From Pholidichthys leucotaenia (taxonomy: Eukaryota): DNA of 64,000 bases. Where the stretch lies: contig CM035846.1 of NCBI GenBank assembly GCA_020510985.1, positions 202,779,081 to 202,843,080 on the forward strand, in the 5' to 3' direction. Numbering within the stretch: position 1 is the stretch's first letter; each line of letters starts with the position of its first letter. The position numbers and the translations under genes were made by a program. The notes below the pieces were generated by a model. That model was not told where the DNA came from. It made no database searches and was given only the letters and a program-made list of their open reading frames with translations. Positions 48,300 through 60,762 of the stretch are shown here, in pieces.

Positions 48300-49574
48300 G
48301 TGTTGTCACGTTATTGTTCTCACAACATGAGTTTAGAAGTGTTACCATCCAAAATTTGGAGTCATCTTTAACTTGCACATTATGAGAAGATGGCGTCTTA
48401 ATTTTAAAGGTGTAAAAGTGAATTAAAGCAGCTATTGTGTGCATGGTTGGTGCTGGAATATATGCAGTGGTATCACAAGTGAAGAAGAGGGAGGAAAAAA
48501 GACTCTCTTTTTTTTTGCCTTTGCAGTTTTAATGTTTGTTGGTGATTTTTACTGTTTTTCTTTCTTTTTTTAAATATTCTTTAACTTCTTACCTTATTTT
48601 TTAGACCATTCTGTAACAGAAGTTTAAGAGGTTGCAATATAAAAATAAGTTTATTCCCTAAAGGAGAAGGTTTCTCACAAAATGAACTGGAATAATAAAA
48701 AATGCAATATTAAATTGCATAAATAGTGTAAAGACATAAATTTACTTGTACTTCATTGCTGGGTTCATGTAATACAGGATCCTGCAAACTGCGACTCTGG
48801 AGCCATGTGTGACTCTAGTCTATTATGTCACAGGGAAAAAAAATAGAAAATTTGCACACAAAAAGTCTGAATTTACAAGAAAAAAATTGCAGATGTAAGC
48901 AAAAACCCTCCAACTGAAAGGCCACTTTATAACGTGGTTGATTTACCTTCAGTTTAGGGCTCAGTTATGCTTTGTTTCCATGCCTATTCTAATTCTTTGG
49001 GGGGAGCTCGAAATCGTTTAAAATATTTCTGTTACAGTAAACGTTGCTGACCCCTGATGTAATGCTTCTGGCAGGGAAGTGGCATTTTTTCCCTCCTGAC
49101 TTTTATGCTCTTCTATTGTATGCTCACTATCCACTTGTGTAAACCTCACAGACCATGACTGACTGTAAAAACTAAAGATGTCACCTGTCATTAAATGTAT
49201 TATCAGAAATTATTTTTCTGAATGTGAGCGCAAGATGTGGAATACACCTTTTTTTAAAGGAAAATATAAATTGAAAGCATTCAATCTGATTATATCTTGA
49301 GGTTTAATTGTAAATTAGGAAATGTTTCATGAAGTTGTAATTACTTGATTATAATTGAGGTTAATAGAGCAGTTGATTGGAAAAAGAGTGGCAGTTATGT
49401 TATTGCTGATGTGTCGACACACTGCTGAAAAGTATGTTTTAATCACCTTGTTTTTTTTTCTTTTCCTGGCTCATTTCTGTAACGACCACTTGTCTTACCA
49501 TTACAAGCTGCAACCAAAAACAACAACTAAAAAAAGCAAAAAACACCCTAAATTATTTTTTTTTTTAATTGTAG

Positions 49575-49817
49575 GTGAAAAGATTTGGGAGGGCCTTGAT
49601 GTGTCCGTGCCATGCTTGCTGTGGGTTGTTTTGGACACAGAGACCAAGTCTGAGGTCCTGATCTCCTCAGGAAGTGACAAACGTCTGAGGATATGGCAGA
49701 AAAAACAAAGTAAAGGGAAGCTTTTGGAAAGCCTGAAAAACGAGGGAATATTTGGAGCACAAACGGCCGTCGTCACAGCAATGGCCCAAAACTCCACTTA
49801 CCTGGCTACAGCTTCAG
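49575..49817 (+). CDS. Host gene exon, WD repeat (GEKIWEGLDVSVPCLLWVVLDTETKSEVLISSGSDKRLRIWQKK..LATAS)
   Basis: ORF 49355..49837; ttgtag acceptor, gtaggt donor; phase-compatible with 48161 and 49907 exons. Confidence 0.6.
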
Positions 49818-49906
49818 GTAGGTGTTGGATATGGTAGTGATTTGTCAGGTAACAGTCACCTTGTCTTGCCTCTAATATCTTTGTTCAACTTTTACCTTTA
49901 AAATAG

Positions 49907-50058
49907 ATGACTTCTCTGTTGCGCTGTGGCTGTTGAGTGAGCTGACCAACGACCCTCCAGCTGAACCAAAATCGCTGCTGAGGGGCCATGAAAGAGGAGT
50001 CACATGTCTGTCTTTTAGTCCCGATGGTGAATGGCTTCTGTCAGGAGGAAAAGATGGG
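49907..50058 (+). CDS. Host gene exon, WD repeat (DDFSVALWLLSELTNDPPAEPKSLLRGHERGVTCLSFSPDGEWLLSGGKDG)
   Basis: aaatag acceptor, gtatgc donor; joins ..SGGKDG|ALILWDV.. with exon 58558. Confidence 0.65.
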
Positions 50059-50997
50059 GTATGCATGTTCACCTCCTAGAGGCTTTATGGGGCTGATTTT
50101 CTCTGTTTTTGTCAACTACGATGGGTTTTGTTTTGTTAAACTAATTATAAACTTAAAGACTTTTTGGCAAACAGCTGTCAAGAAAGACAGCACACCATCA
50201 CATTTAAGAAGCTGGGGACATGAGATGGTAGAAAATAATTATATTTTATGCAACATTTTTCTTGTCTTATTGAAGACTTGAAGCATGTTAAAGGGATCAT
50301 TGACCCCGGTTACCTGGCCACAATAATCGGGTAACTGGGAATAAACAGATAATGGCAGTAATCCGATTTGATGTGTTTACTTGCACTGAATAAATGGATT
50401 ATTGGACAGTAAATTACTTGAGTTAATGTGAATTCTCATAACCCGATAATGGCCCTTATCTGATTATTCTGTTTACATGACTGCTTGAATAATCAGATAA
50501 CTCCAGAAATTCATCTATAATTGGTTTATTAGTGTACATGTAAACATAGCCATTGACTGCACTTTTCCCGCATGTTGACAGCTCTCAAAGGTATTAATGA
50601 AATGTTTTTGATATGTTTGGGTCAATTTATTTAATTATTACAGAATTCCTCAGAATAGCTTGTTTCAATGCATGTCTCTTTAAATGCCCAAGAACAGCCG
50701 TTAACTCCGCCCTCCCTCTTACTATGTCACTATTGCTAATCTTAGCTGGCTAGCTTCTACCTCGGATTGCAAGCCTGAGCCAAGTAACACAAATTTGTCT
50801 TAAAGAATGAACGAAATAATGCATCACTGATGGACAGGGTAGTGTGGCTTCAGATGTCCAATATATGACCAGTTCCTGTAGTATAGTGGGCACAGAAACA
50901 TTTGTGAATGAGTGACTGGTGGCCCAAGACAGCTAGCTGATGCTCGACAGACTAGTGGCTGTCGAGCAAAGTTAACATCTCGCAAAAATAACATCTA

Positions 50998-52617
50998 CAG
51001 TGCTGTGAAAAGTATTTGCCCCCTTCCTGATTTCTTATATTTTTGCATATTTGTCACACTTCAATGTTTCAGATCATCAAACAAATTTTAATATCAAAGA
51101 CAACCTGAATAAATACAAAATGCAGTTTTCAAATGATGATTTCATTTATTAAAGGAAAAAAAAAACTATCCAAACCTACCTGGCCCTATGTGAAAAAATA
51201 ATTACCCCCTTGTTACATCATGAATTAACTGTGATTAACCACATTTTTTTGTAAAGCTGAGTTCAGTTTCAGTAGCTACACCCAAGCCTGATTACTACCA
51301 GATCTGATGAATCAAGAAATCACTTAAATGGAGTCTGTTTGACAACCTGAGGAAGGCTAAAAGATCTCAGAAAGCAACACATCCCACTGTAATCTAAAGA
51401 AATTCAAGAACAGATCAGAAACAAAAACCCAGAACAACATCTAAAGAACTGCAGGCCTCACTTGCCTCAGTTGGGACACTGGACCATGATGGAACAAAAA
51501 TGGCATTCATGGGAGAGTCCCAAGACAAAAACCGCTGCTGTACAAAAAGAACATAAAGGCTCGTCACACATTTGCCAGAAAATAACTTGATGATCTTAAG
51601 ACTTTTGGGAAAATATTCTGTGGACTGACGAGACAAAAGTTGAACTTCTTGGAAGACATGTCCAATTTTATCTGGCATAAAACTAACACAGAATTTCATT
51701 TAAAAAAAATGTCATTTTCAACAGTCAGACATGGTCAGCATGGAGACATGGTCATGGTCTCGGGCTGATTTGCTGTTTCCAGACATGGACAACTTGCCCT
51801 AATTGACAGAACCATGAATTTTGCTCTCTACCAGAAAATCCTGAAGGAGAATGTCCGGCCATCAGTTCATGAAGCCCTCCAGTGTGACTGAATTTAAACA
51901 ATTCTGCACAGAAGAGGGGGTCAAAATTCCTCAGCAGCAATGCAAAAGACTCATTTCCAGTTGTTGGCACCAGTGGTGGCACAACCAGTTATTATTAGGT
52001 TTAGGAGGCAATTACTTTTTCACATAAGGCCACGTCGGTTTGGATAGCTTTTTTCTCTTAATAAATTAAATCATCATCTAAAAACTGCATTTTGTACTTA
52101 CTCAGGTTATCTTTGTCTAATACTAAAATTTGTTTGATGATCTGAAACATTTAGGTGTAACAATTGGGCAGCGCGGTGGTGGAGTGGTTAGCACTGCGGC
52201 AGCACAGCAACTCACTCTTGGCCGGGGGATCCTGGGTTCGATCCCAGCCCCCGACCAACAGTGATCTGTGTGGAGTTTGCATGTTCTCCCCGTGTCTGCG
52301 TGGGTTTACTCCGGGATTTCTCCGGTTTCCTCCCTCATGCCAAAAACATGCAAGTTAGGTTAATTGGCATCAAACTGGGGGTTCTAAATTATCCTTAAGT
52401 ATGACTGTGAGAGTGAATGGTTGTCTGTCTCTCCGTGTTGGCCCTGCAATGGACTGGCGATCTGTCCAGGGTGTACCCTGCCTCTTGCCCAAAGATGCTG
52501 GGATAGGCCCCAGCCTCCCCGTGACCCAAAAAGGATTAAGCGGAAGAAGATGGATGGATGGAAATATGCAAAAATATAAGAAATCAGGAAGGGGGCAAAT
52601 ATTTTTTCACAGCACTG
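50998..52617 (+). mobile_element. Tc1-like DNA transposon #6 (same family as #2), internally deleted, with a SINE inserted near its right TIR
   Basis: TA|cagtgctgtgaaaagtatttgccccc .. ggggcaaatattttttcacagcactg|TA. Confidence 0.85.
52166..52561 (+). mobile_element. tRNA-derived SINE with (gatg)n tail (same family as 23981..24382)
   Basis: tRNA-like head gggcagcgcggtggtggagtggttagcac..gggttcgatccc; tail ..aagcggaagaagatggatggatgg. Confidence 0.85.
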
Positions 52618-54210
52618 TAAGAGTAATGTATATATAGTGAAGTGTTGGTAGATAAACAAGGATTCCAGTGGGGGGTGAGTAGAATTTGTAGAAAATGGCG
52701 CTCAAAACTGGCCGGATCGATAGTTACACCAACGCCAAGCGGCCTGTCTGATTACCTAGCCAAGCTAATGCTAACAGTTTGATGTAGGATCACAACAAAA
52801 ATATCCACCTTATTCCTAGGCCCCATGATGCCTTGCGTGAATTATGGTAGCAACTTCCAGTATTAGTTTAGAACATATGGTTGTCACTGAAACAGGACAC
52901 TTTTCCTTGTTAAAAAACAATGACTTTGGCACCAGAAATGCGGGAAAACGGCCCCTTGCACCTCAGAACAGTAACATAATCATACCACTTCCCACGACTA
53001 TCAAGGGATGAGAAGATGACCTTAAAAAGTGGCCTCGTAGATTGTAGCTCTGTTAGTTAGTGCCACTGCTAAGATGCTAACGCTGTAAACAAATGACCCA
53101 TGCTGGCAAAATGAGTCGCTTTGAGGACATTTTCAGAACTGATGTAACATTATTTCCATATTCTGTGTTGAAAGACCTTCAAAATGATAGTTAAATTGTA
53201 GGAAGTACGCAAAAACTGACCCAGAAAAAGACGATTTGTTTATATTTTGGCTAGGTTGAAAACTTGCGTTCGATCGGTCGGGAGTTGTGTCTTCCACGAA
53301 AACATGCATATTTTTAGAAAGTACGATTTCTAAGCTTTCCAATGATATTAAGCACTCATGGGGTTTTCCCGGGACTTGCCGCTACCAAACAAATAGTCAT
53401 GATTTATGACTTCTCGTTGCCCGTAGCTCGTAATGACACGGTGCACATTCCGAATTTTGCCAGCACGTCTCCACCACAATAAAGTCAGCTGCATTTTGTT
53501 AAAATATGTTGGACATAATCAAATTTACCTTGGAGCAGACGTACGCCACAACACCGTGCTTGGATGTCGTCTGTCACCGTGTGGTGAAAAGCCTCCATTT
53601 ATCCAGTCTATGGCACAACCACAAACACCAGCAACAAGTACCAGAGCTACGCCAAAACATTCAAAAAAAATACAAAAGCTAGAAGAGCTGAAATTGGCTG
53701 CCACTTGATCACAAAACACGTATGTGGACTATACATTAAAATGAATTTGGAAAACTGTTACAAACAGTATTTTAAATGCCCCTGCTACTCCACTCTGACT
53801 GATTTAACACTACGTCAGCTGAAACTGGAAGCTCCGCCCATAATCGTTCCTACAGTGGCACCCCCAGGAATAACGTGGATAAGTCATAAGCCAAAATAAC
53901 ACAAGATATATTATTGACTGTGGATTAATGAACCAGTTGGAAATAGGGATGCTTATTGGGGTGAGTGATATCTAAAGAAAATAATCTAAACTACACTTGA
54001 TAAGCTAACTCCCTAGTAACACTATTAGCGTTGAAGCTACTGCTTTTGACTTTCCACCCATCTACATGACAGACAGCTAGGTTGGCCAATAACAGAGCAG
54101 TAGGCAGGTTTCAAGGCTGAGTTTACATTGTTTATGATGTTCTGTGGCAAACCCAGAAGAGTCAAAATGGCTCCTCGGAGAGAAATTGCATTTAAAAGAG
54201 AAGTGATAGT

Positions 54211-56895
54211 TGTGTTGGAGGTGGGGCTCTTATTTGGGTGGTACTGGTGGTGGCTCCACCTTTCCAGTTCTGCCACTACCCATGGGTGTAAGAAGGCAGT
54301 GGGCAGGAGGGGCAGTCTCTTGGCCACCTCCCTGCCTGGCGGATGCGCTTGTATTGTAAGAAGTGCCTATTAATAAACGTGCATTCAGTTCTACACTTCG
54401 CCTCGTCCTTGGCTCAAGGTACAGACATAACATTTGGCAATGAGGATAGAACCTGGTATGGACGTGTGTGTGACTTCTATTCGGCCATTTTTGGAGCTGC
54501 CCGGTGAACCACCCGTCCCTTGGTCATGGTGGTTTGCCGCATTCCAGACATACTTGGTGGCGCTGGACCTCGGGCAGATGGGGAAATTGAGAGCACGTGT
54601 ATTGTTGGTCCATAACTTAAGAATGGAGGGGACAGCGAATTTTGAGTACGTTGGGCGACTGTGATAGCTTTGAAAAAGTGGTGGAGCTAATGGCGCACCA
54701 TTTTCGTGCCCTGGAAAACGTCGTCATCTGGAGGATTCAGTTTCAACAGCGCCGCCAGCAGGCTGGTGAGTTGGTGCAGCGGTTTGTGACAGACCTGAGA
54801 CTGCTGGCCAGCGACTGTCAGTTCGGACTGTTGGAGGAAGAGATGGTCCATGACCAATTGGCGGAACACACTGTCTGCCCTGCTATTAGGTCGAAACTAC
54901 TCACGTTCTCGGGTGAACTGACGCTTTCTACAGCCATCGATTTGGCTCAACAGCTGGAGGCAGCGGATAAGCTATCACGGGAACTAAGTGGGAGTGTGCT
55001 TCATCGCCATATTGAATCACAGTCGACGGCGCAGGCAGTGGACCTGGACAGCAACGATAGCGTGGGGGGTGATGAGGAACACGCCAATGCTGTAAAAATG
55101 AGGTCTGCCCCGGCAACGCCCATATTGTATGTATTGGTTGTGATTCCACGAAGCACCGCCCAAAAGGCCAGGGAGTGTCCGGCAAGAGGTAAGCATTGCA
55201 GCAAGTGCGGACTCTTGCGTCATTTCGCCAGGGCATGCCACAAGTTAGAGCGAGGGAGTCCGAGACATAAGGAGGACTCTCCCGCCCCCACGGTTGTCCA
55301 TACTGTGTCCCCGAGCAGCTACGGACGTTCTTTCTGTATGGTGTTGTTGGATGGGGTAGTGGTGCCATTGTTGATTGACACGGGAGAGGTGAGCTCCGTG
55401 TTGAATTGGGTGACTGTGAGCACTTTTTCCCGCATTACAGGATTGGAGGCAGTTTGGTGCTGCTTTGCGGTTGTGGTGGAGGAAGATTGGCCACGGTGGG
55501 ATCACTGAGGGTGACGGCTCGGTACAAGTCGGCAGAGGTGTGCAACCTGAAGCTTGTTGTAACGGCCCGTGGCGAAAATATAATGGGATGGGATTTGTTT
55601 TATGGTTTGGGCTTCACCATCAAAAACGGTGCTAGAAAGGAGTGGTCGGGATGTGGTTTGTGGGACCGGCCAGTCCTGCGAATGGAAGACGGAGCTGTGT
55701 GGGACGAGACCTTGCCTAGCGCTCTGGAGAGTGAGCAGGACCAACACAATCCAGAGCCATTGCAGGAGGGTTCTGGTGCCAGAGCTCACGTCACCCTGGA
55801 AGAGGGTACTGGGTGGCACAGTGGGTGGCACTGTGACTGCGGGTGGCGCCGAGGGGCTGACCTCATCTGTTCCCGGATTTCAGCTGGGAGGGGCTGGTGA
55901 ACAGGAGATCACAACGGCGAAGGCGGCAACGGAGACGAAAGCGGTCGGGGCACGACCGGCTGGCATGGTAAAATGACGTGTCAAAGAGAGACATAAGCCA
56001 AGTAGGGCCCCTCTGGGGGTTGTGGATGTAGTCCATGCCTGGGAGGAGGCACAGTCGAGGAGGATTCGGGCCAAGCGCCGGTTGGAAGAGCACCAGGGGT
56101 GGCTGCAAGTGGTGGCCACACGGGAGGATGCCTGGATGCCTATCTCCAATTGTCAGATGGCTCATGGAGGCATCCAAATGAGCTGCGGTGCGCCCCAGAG
56201 AAGGTTGGTGGGTTTGGATCTAATCATGGGAGGTCCCTGGTGATGGCGCAGAGGAGGCGCACCGGGGTCGGGTCAGCCAGTGGCGACCCGGGAGGTCATT
56301 TCTCCCCTGGGGCGGACTGATGGGAGGATAGTCGGGGGGGGGGGGGGCATGGGTGTGTTCTTATGGTTGGTGTGACACGGTTGTGATGTTCTAGCAAATG
56401 TACTTACTGGTTATCTGTGTTCATGGGGATTTATGTTATGTTTATATTAGGACACAGCGGTGTTTTATGTTGAATTGTTTTGTGCAGAATATAAGAGGTA
56501 GAATAATCCGCTTTGCCATGTGGGGTGAGGTGGCAGTTTACCCATCCTCCCCTAACTTAGCTATTTTGGTATGTCTATGTTAGCCCATCTGTGTTGTGTT
56601 ATTACTTTAGTGCGTGTTTTGGGTTCCAATTGTGTGTGTGATTTTGTTGCTTTGTGAAGGGGGGGAAGAATGTTGTGTTGGAGTTGGGGCTCTTATTTGG
56701 GTGGTACGGGTGGTGGCTCCACCTTTCTGGTTCCGCCGCCACATGTGGGTATAAGAAGGCAGCGGGCAGGAGGGGCGGTCTCTTGCCCACCTCCCTGCCT
56801 GGCGGATGCGCTTGTATTGTAAGAAGTGCCTATTAATAAACGTGTGTTCAGTTCTACACTTCGCCTCGTCCTTGGCTCAAGGTACCGATATAACA
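54211..56895 (+). mobile_element. Internally deleted LTR retrotransposon (gag + partial protease only), 222-bp LTRs, PPT, 5-bp TSD ATAGT
   Basis: LTRs 54211..54432 and 56674..56895 (TG..CA); polypurine tract gaagggggggaagaa 56655..56670 abutting 3' LTR; TSD 54206..54210 and 56896..56900. Confidence 0.85.
54642..55508 (+). CDS. Gag-like protein with CCHC-type knuckle (CSKCGLLRHFARAC) running into protease start (LIDTGEVSS)
   Basis: 288-aa ORF inside the LTR element. Confidence 0.6.
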   Translation: MSTLGDCDSFEKVVELMAHHFRALENVVIWRIQFQQRRQQAGELVQRFVTDLRLLASDCQFGLLEEEMVHDQLAEHTVCPAIRSKLLTFSGELTLSTAIDLAQQLEAADKLSRELSGSVLHRHIESQSTAQAVDLDSNDSVGGDEEHANAVKMRSAPATPILYVLVVIPRSTAQKARECPARGKHCSKCGLLRHFARACHKLERGSPRHKEDSPAPTVVHTVSPSSYGRSFCMVLLDGVVVPLLIDTGEVSSVLNWVTVSTFSRITGLEAVWCCFAVVVEEDWPRWDH

Positions 56896-58557
56896 ATAGT
56901 TTTGATGTTTTTTCAATAATCACATGACCAATAGACGCATTTCTGGAGGTTCAAACCTACAAAAACACAAATTTTTAGTTAATGACACCTTTAAAAAAAT
57001 CCATTTATTTCTCCAAACTTGTGCACAATGATCCTCAAGTAGGGCTGCATCCAGGTTGCAGTCACTCAGGGTCAACAATCAGGAGATCTTGAACGTATGA
57101 GAGGTCAGGGTCAAGGGTCAGGAGATCTGACCACTCTCGGGGTGTTGTCGTCATGCCAAAATGAGCTACTCCATCAGTGATGATCTTGTCAGTACTTTGT
57201 CTGTATTTGTAGTTTCCATTAAGCTCTTCCTGCCTGTTTTTACAGTCTTGCAAACAGTGGTCCTCAGGTGAGTCTGCATCCAGAGAGTACTTAAAGGTCA
57301 GGATTAGGGCTGTGCTATATGACCAAAATTTCATATTCCAATACAAGTAATCTTATATCCCAATAATGATATACGTATATCCCGGTACACATTTTTTGTA
57401 AATTCTAGTTAGCTATTATAACCACATAAAAAGAACTGTCTCTTTTTTTACCATTTTAAATTACATACTGAAAAAAAATCAATTGTATAACTTCATCTGT
57501 CATTAATATTATGCAATTTTTTCCATCATAATTTTGTAGTGTTTTATAAAATTGTGTTTTTTAATGTACATTTGAGACTTGGTTCTCATGAATTTGAGGT
57601 TTTTCTTCTAAATCATATCATAGGAATAAAAAAGTAAACCTAAGTTAAATATTTCCTGAGCCGGGGAGAATAGCAGTAACTTGAGGAAAAAAAAATGTCA
57701 GTCTGAAAATGAGAAAATTACCCATCACTTATCATCCACAGATATAAATTAGCTGTTAGTTTACTTTGGTGCAATTATCTTTAAGCATCATGCCTGTGAC
57801 ATTATCAATAAATAAAGTATTTGAAACAAATCAATTAAAATCTAAGTGTAGATCTACAGCCTGAAGACTGCCATTTTGGTCTGATTAAAACATGTAGAAG
57901 TTTTTTTCACATCTGCTGGAGTTTGGTTCTTTGTAAAAATAATGTAATAAAATACAAGGGATGACTTCAACTTCATCATCATAATTTGACTAATTATTAT
58001 TGAACAATTATTTGAACTCAAGAAAATAACATTAAGAGCCAATTTGCTCCTCTGACGCATTTTAATTTATTTTGTGTGTATGTGCCACTATCACACACCT
58101 TTTCAGCTTTAATATATTTTTTCAGACAAAACTAAGAAACTCAGCAGAAATTTAAAGCAGAGAAACAAGGGCCTGATACAGTAATAAAGTTTCCTGTTGA
58201 TGACAACTTGGCATCGTCATTTAGCATTTGCTGTTTTATGGTAATAAGAGTGAGATGGTGTTAGTGTGACTTACCTCCAGTTAAAACAGGGTTAAAGGAC
58301 TAGCCTCTCTGTTTGCCACATCCCTGGCAAACAGAAGCATCGGCTATTTGACCAAACGATTAGTTCAAGAGTCTGGCCACTGTCAGGGTGGTTTCATCGG
58401 TTCAGGATGAACTACTCTTTCACTGCCTCTCTGGTTAAATAAAAATGTGTCTCATGAAAGAAAGGTCATTTGAATGCTGATTTTGTCATTATGCACATGT
58501 AAAATAGATTTTTAGACTACAAATTTCTGCATTTGTTATCACAAATGTTTATTTCAG

Positions 58558-58665
58558 GCTCTGATACTGTGGGATGTAAGGGGGTCTTCGCCTGCACTGA
58601 GCAAGTCACTTCCTCGTGCTCACAAAGACTGGATTACAGGCTGTGTTTGGACTCCAGATCTGGTG
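58558..58665 (+). CDS. Host gene exon, WD repeat (ALILWDVRGSSPALSKSLPRAHKDWITGCVWTPDLV)
   Basis: atttcag acceptor, gtgagt donor, phase 0 both ends. Confidence 0.65.
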
Positions 58666-59502
58666 GTGAGTCTTTTTACCCTCTATTAACTTTCTACCCC
58701 TTATCCATGGAACAAGCTAGCTACTACCTCCAGCTGCTGTGTGGGAACACCAAGTAGTTCCCAGGTCATCTGAGAAGCATAGCCTATCTAGCGCATCCTA
58801 GGCCTGCTTTAAGGTCTCTTCCCTATGTGAAATGCCTAACATAGAAGGCAGGAGACCAGGGAAAAATCCTGGACAGATGTGGTAGAGTAGCAGCTCTACT
58901 GTGAGCCTCTCTCAGATGTCTGAGCTGCTTATCCTGTATCTAAGTTTAAGCCCAGCCGCACTACAAAAGAGTGCAGATACAAGGAGGTGAAATGTGTATA
59001 TCTCTGGTGATCACCCAAAATTTATCGCCAAAGGTGAGGAAAGGAACAGATCAACAACTAAATCATCAGCTTCACAAACAAGCTGAGCTGCCCCTTCACC
59101 ACCACAGACTGCTTCAGTCAGTCTGATGACCTACTGCTCCTCTCTCCCCTCATTCATAAATCAGACACTCAGATACTTGAGCTGCTCACCTTGGGCCAGG
59201 ATTCCATCAAGATTGCAGCTTACCTGTTTTGGTGTGGGACCTTAGATGAATTGTCATTCCAGCCACTTCACACTCAGCTATAAGCCTTCAGTGTGAGCTG
59301 AAGATCATCGCTTGATGAAATAAACACGGCTACATCATCCACAGAAAATCAAAACGAGACTTTGAGATGACTGAACATGACACCTACATAAGAATCAAAC
59401 TAAATTGTTGACAAAGGGCAGCTCTGCTGGAGTTCACTTTTATGAGGAACAATTTATTGTATTTACCTCATAACAAAATATAAACCTTTGTCTTCATGGC
59501 AG

Positions 59503-59657
59503 CTTTATTTGAAGGAGTTACACTGTCATCCTCGTCCCCTGTTGTCTTCCAGATAAGCTCTTCTAATGATGGGAGACTTTGCTCATGGAACCTTGACAAA
59601 GGTCAACGTCTCGCTGAAATCTCCTGGAAGAGCCCACTCACTTCTGTATGCTGTCTG
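59503..59657 (+). CDS. Host gene exon, WD repeat (..LFEGVTLSSSSPVVFQISSSNDGRLCSWNLDKGQRLAEISWKSPLTSVCCL)
   Basis: ORF 59496..59702; catggcag acceptor, gtgagc donor; phase mismatch with the 58558 exon suggests a missed small exon or alternative site. Confidence 0.5.
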
Positions 59658-59787
59658 GTGAGCAAATCAGAAAGCAGTTTCTTCATTAAACTGACACTTT
59701 GATGGAGCTTTGTATTGAGCATAGAATCATTTCTCCTTTAGTTTTATTCTTTGTAGAGTCAAAACATCTTTCCTTTTTTGTGTGCAG

Positions 59788-59917
59788 GGACAGCATGTGA
59801 TTGTGGGCTGTGCTCTGGGTGGGCTGCATGTTTGGAACTGGGAGACAAAGACGGAAATCTGCCACATTAGTGCCCACGAACAACGAATACACCACTGCTT
59901 GCTCCTCCCAAAAGGAG
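59788..59917 (+). CDS. Host gene exon, WD repeat (GQHVIVGCALGGLHVWNWETKTEICHISAHEQRIHHCLLLPKG)
   Basis: ORF 59782..60018; tgtgcag acceptor, gtattg donor. Confidence 0.6.
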
Positions 59918-60025
59918 GTATTGCGTATACACATACGATCTCACTGGTTTTTAATTTATGTTGCACAGTACAAAAGCTGATTATGATATATTTTGGGATT
60001 TTTAAAATCTTGCTTTGATTTTAAG

Positions 60026-60111
60026 GCACAGAAAAAGAAATTCATCCAGAAGAAATGGCTGTTTTCACGACATCCGATGATGGCATGGTGAAACTGTGGA
60101 AACCTTTACAG
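60026..60111 (+). CDS. Host gene exon, WD repeat (GTEKEIHPEEMAVFTTSDDGMVKLWKPLQ)
   Basis: ttttaag acceptor, gtctat donor; phase joins the 59788 and 60288 exons. Confidence 0.6.
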
Positions 60112-60287
60112 GTCTATCAAACAGTCAAAACAATCCTCACACTTTATTAATTATATCTTAACTTTTGCATGACGACCTCCCTGCATTGTTACAGATAGTC
60201 TACCAGTTCATATACAATGTCTTTTGATTTTTGGTCATTATAAAAGAGAATATGCAAATAACGCATGTTTGTGAATGTCTATGAGCA

Positions 60288-60414
60288 GGTGGAGCCCTTC
60301 GGCACTTTCTATGGTCACAGTGGGGCAGTTCATGGAGTTGTTAGTAAAGGAGTCGTCCCAGAATTCCTCTCTGTTTCTGAAGACTACTCACTACGATGCT
60401 GGACATGGAAGATG
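60288..60414 (+). CDS. Host gene exon, WD repeat (VEPFGTFYGHSGAVHGVVSKGVVPEFLSVSEDYSLRCWTWKM)
   Basis: ORF 60265..60543; gagcag acceptor, gtaaaa donor. Confidence 0.55.
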
Positions 60415-60589
60415 GGTAAAAAGATCTCTATGGCAGCTCAATTATTGCCTGTTTCACAAAAGTCGGTGTTGTTTGGAGGACACTGGCTGTTATTTCAAGG
60501 AAATTTGAGAGATTTTTTGTGTAAATTTTTCCCAGATCCCTGAGCCTAGGGTATCCGTTGTACAATGCAAAAGTGGGCTAAGTACGAGG

Positions 60590-60762
60590 GGAGGGCTGAA
60601 AAGTTCATAGTGGTCAAATTTGACCAAATGTGGTTTATTTTTCAACCGCAGGGATCCAAGAGCTGCAACACTGATGGAAGAAGTGTGTGGACTGAAGGGG
60701 AGACTGTTGAAAAATAAACCACATTTGGTCAAATTTGACCACTATGAACTTTCCAGCCCCAT
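60590..60762. mobile_element. MITE-like foldback element: ~55-bp inverted arms (60590..60648 / 60703..60762) each containing the 16-bp palindrome tggtcaaatttgacca
   Basis: Arms agttcatagtggtcaaatttgaccaaatgtggtttatttttcaac and gttgaaaaataaaccacatttggtcaaatttgaccactatgaact are perfect reverse complements. Confidence 0.7.

Noticed and set aside
54128-56836. Paralogous small ORFs 54128..54373 and 56654..56836
   Set aside because: They are translations of the two LTRs of the same retroelement.
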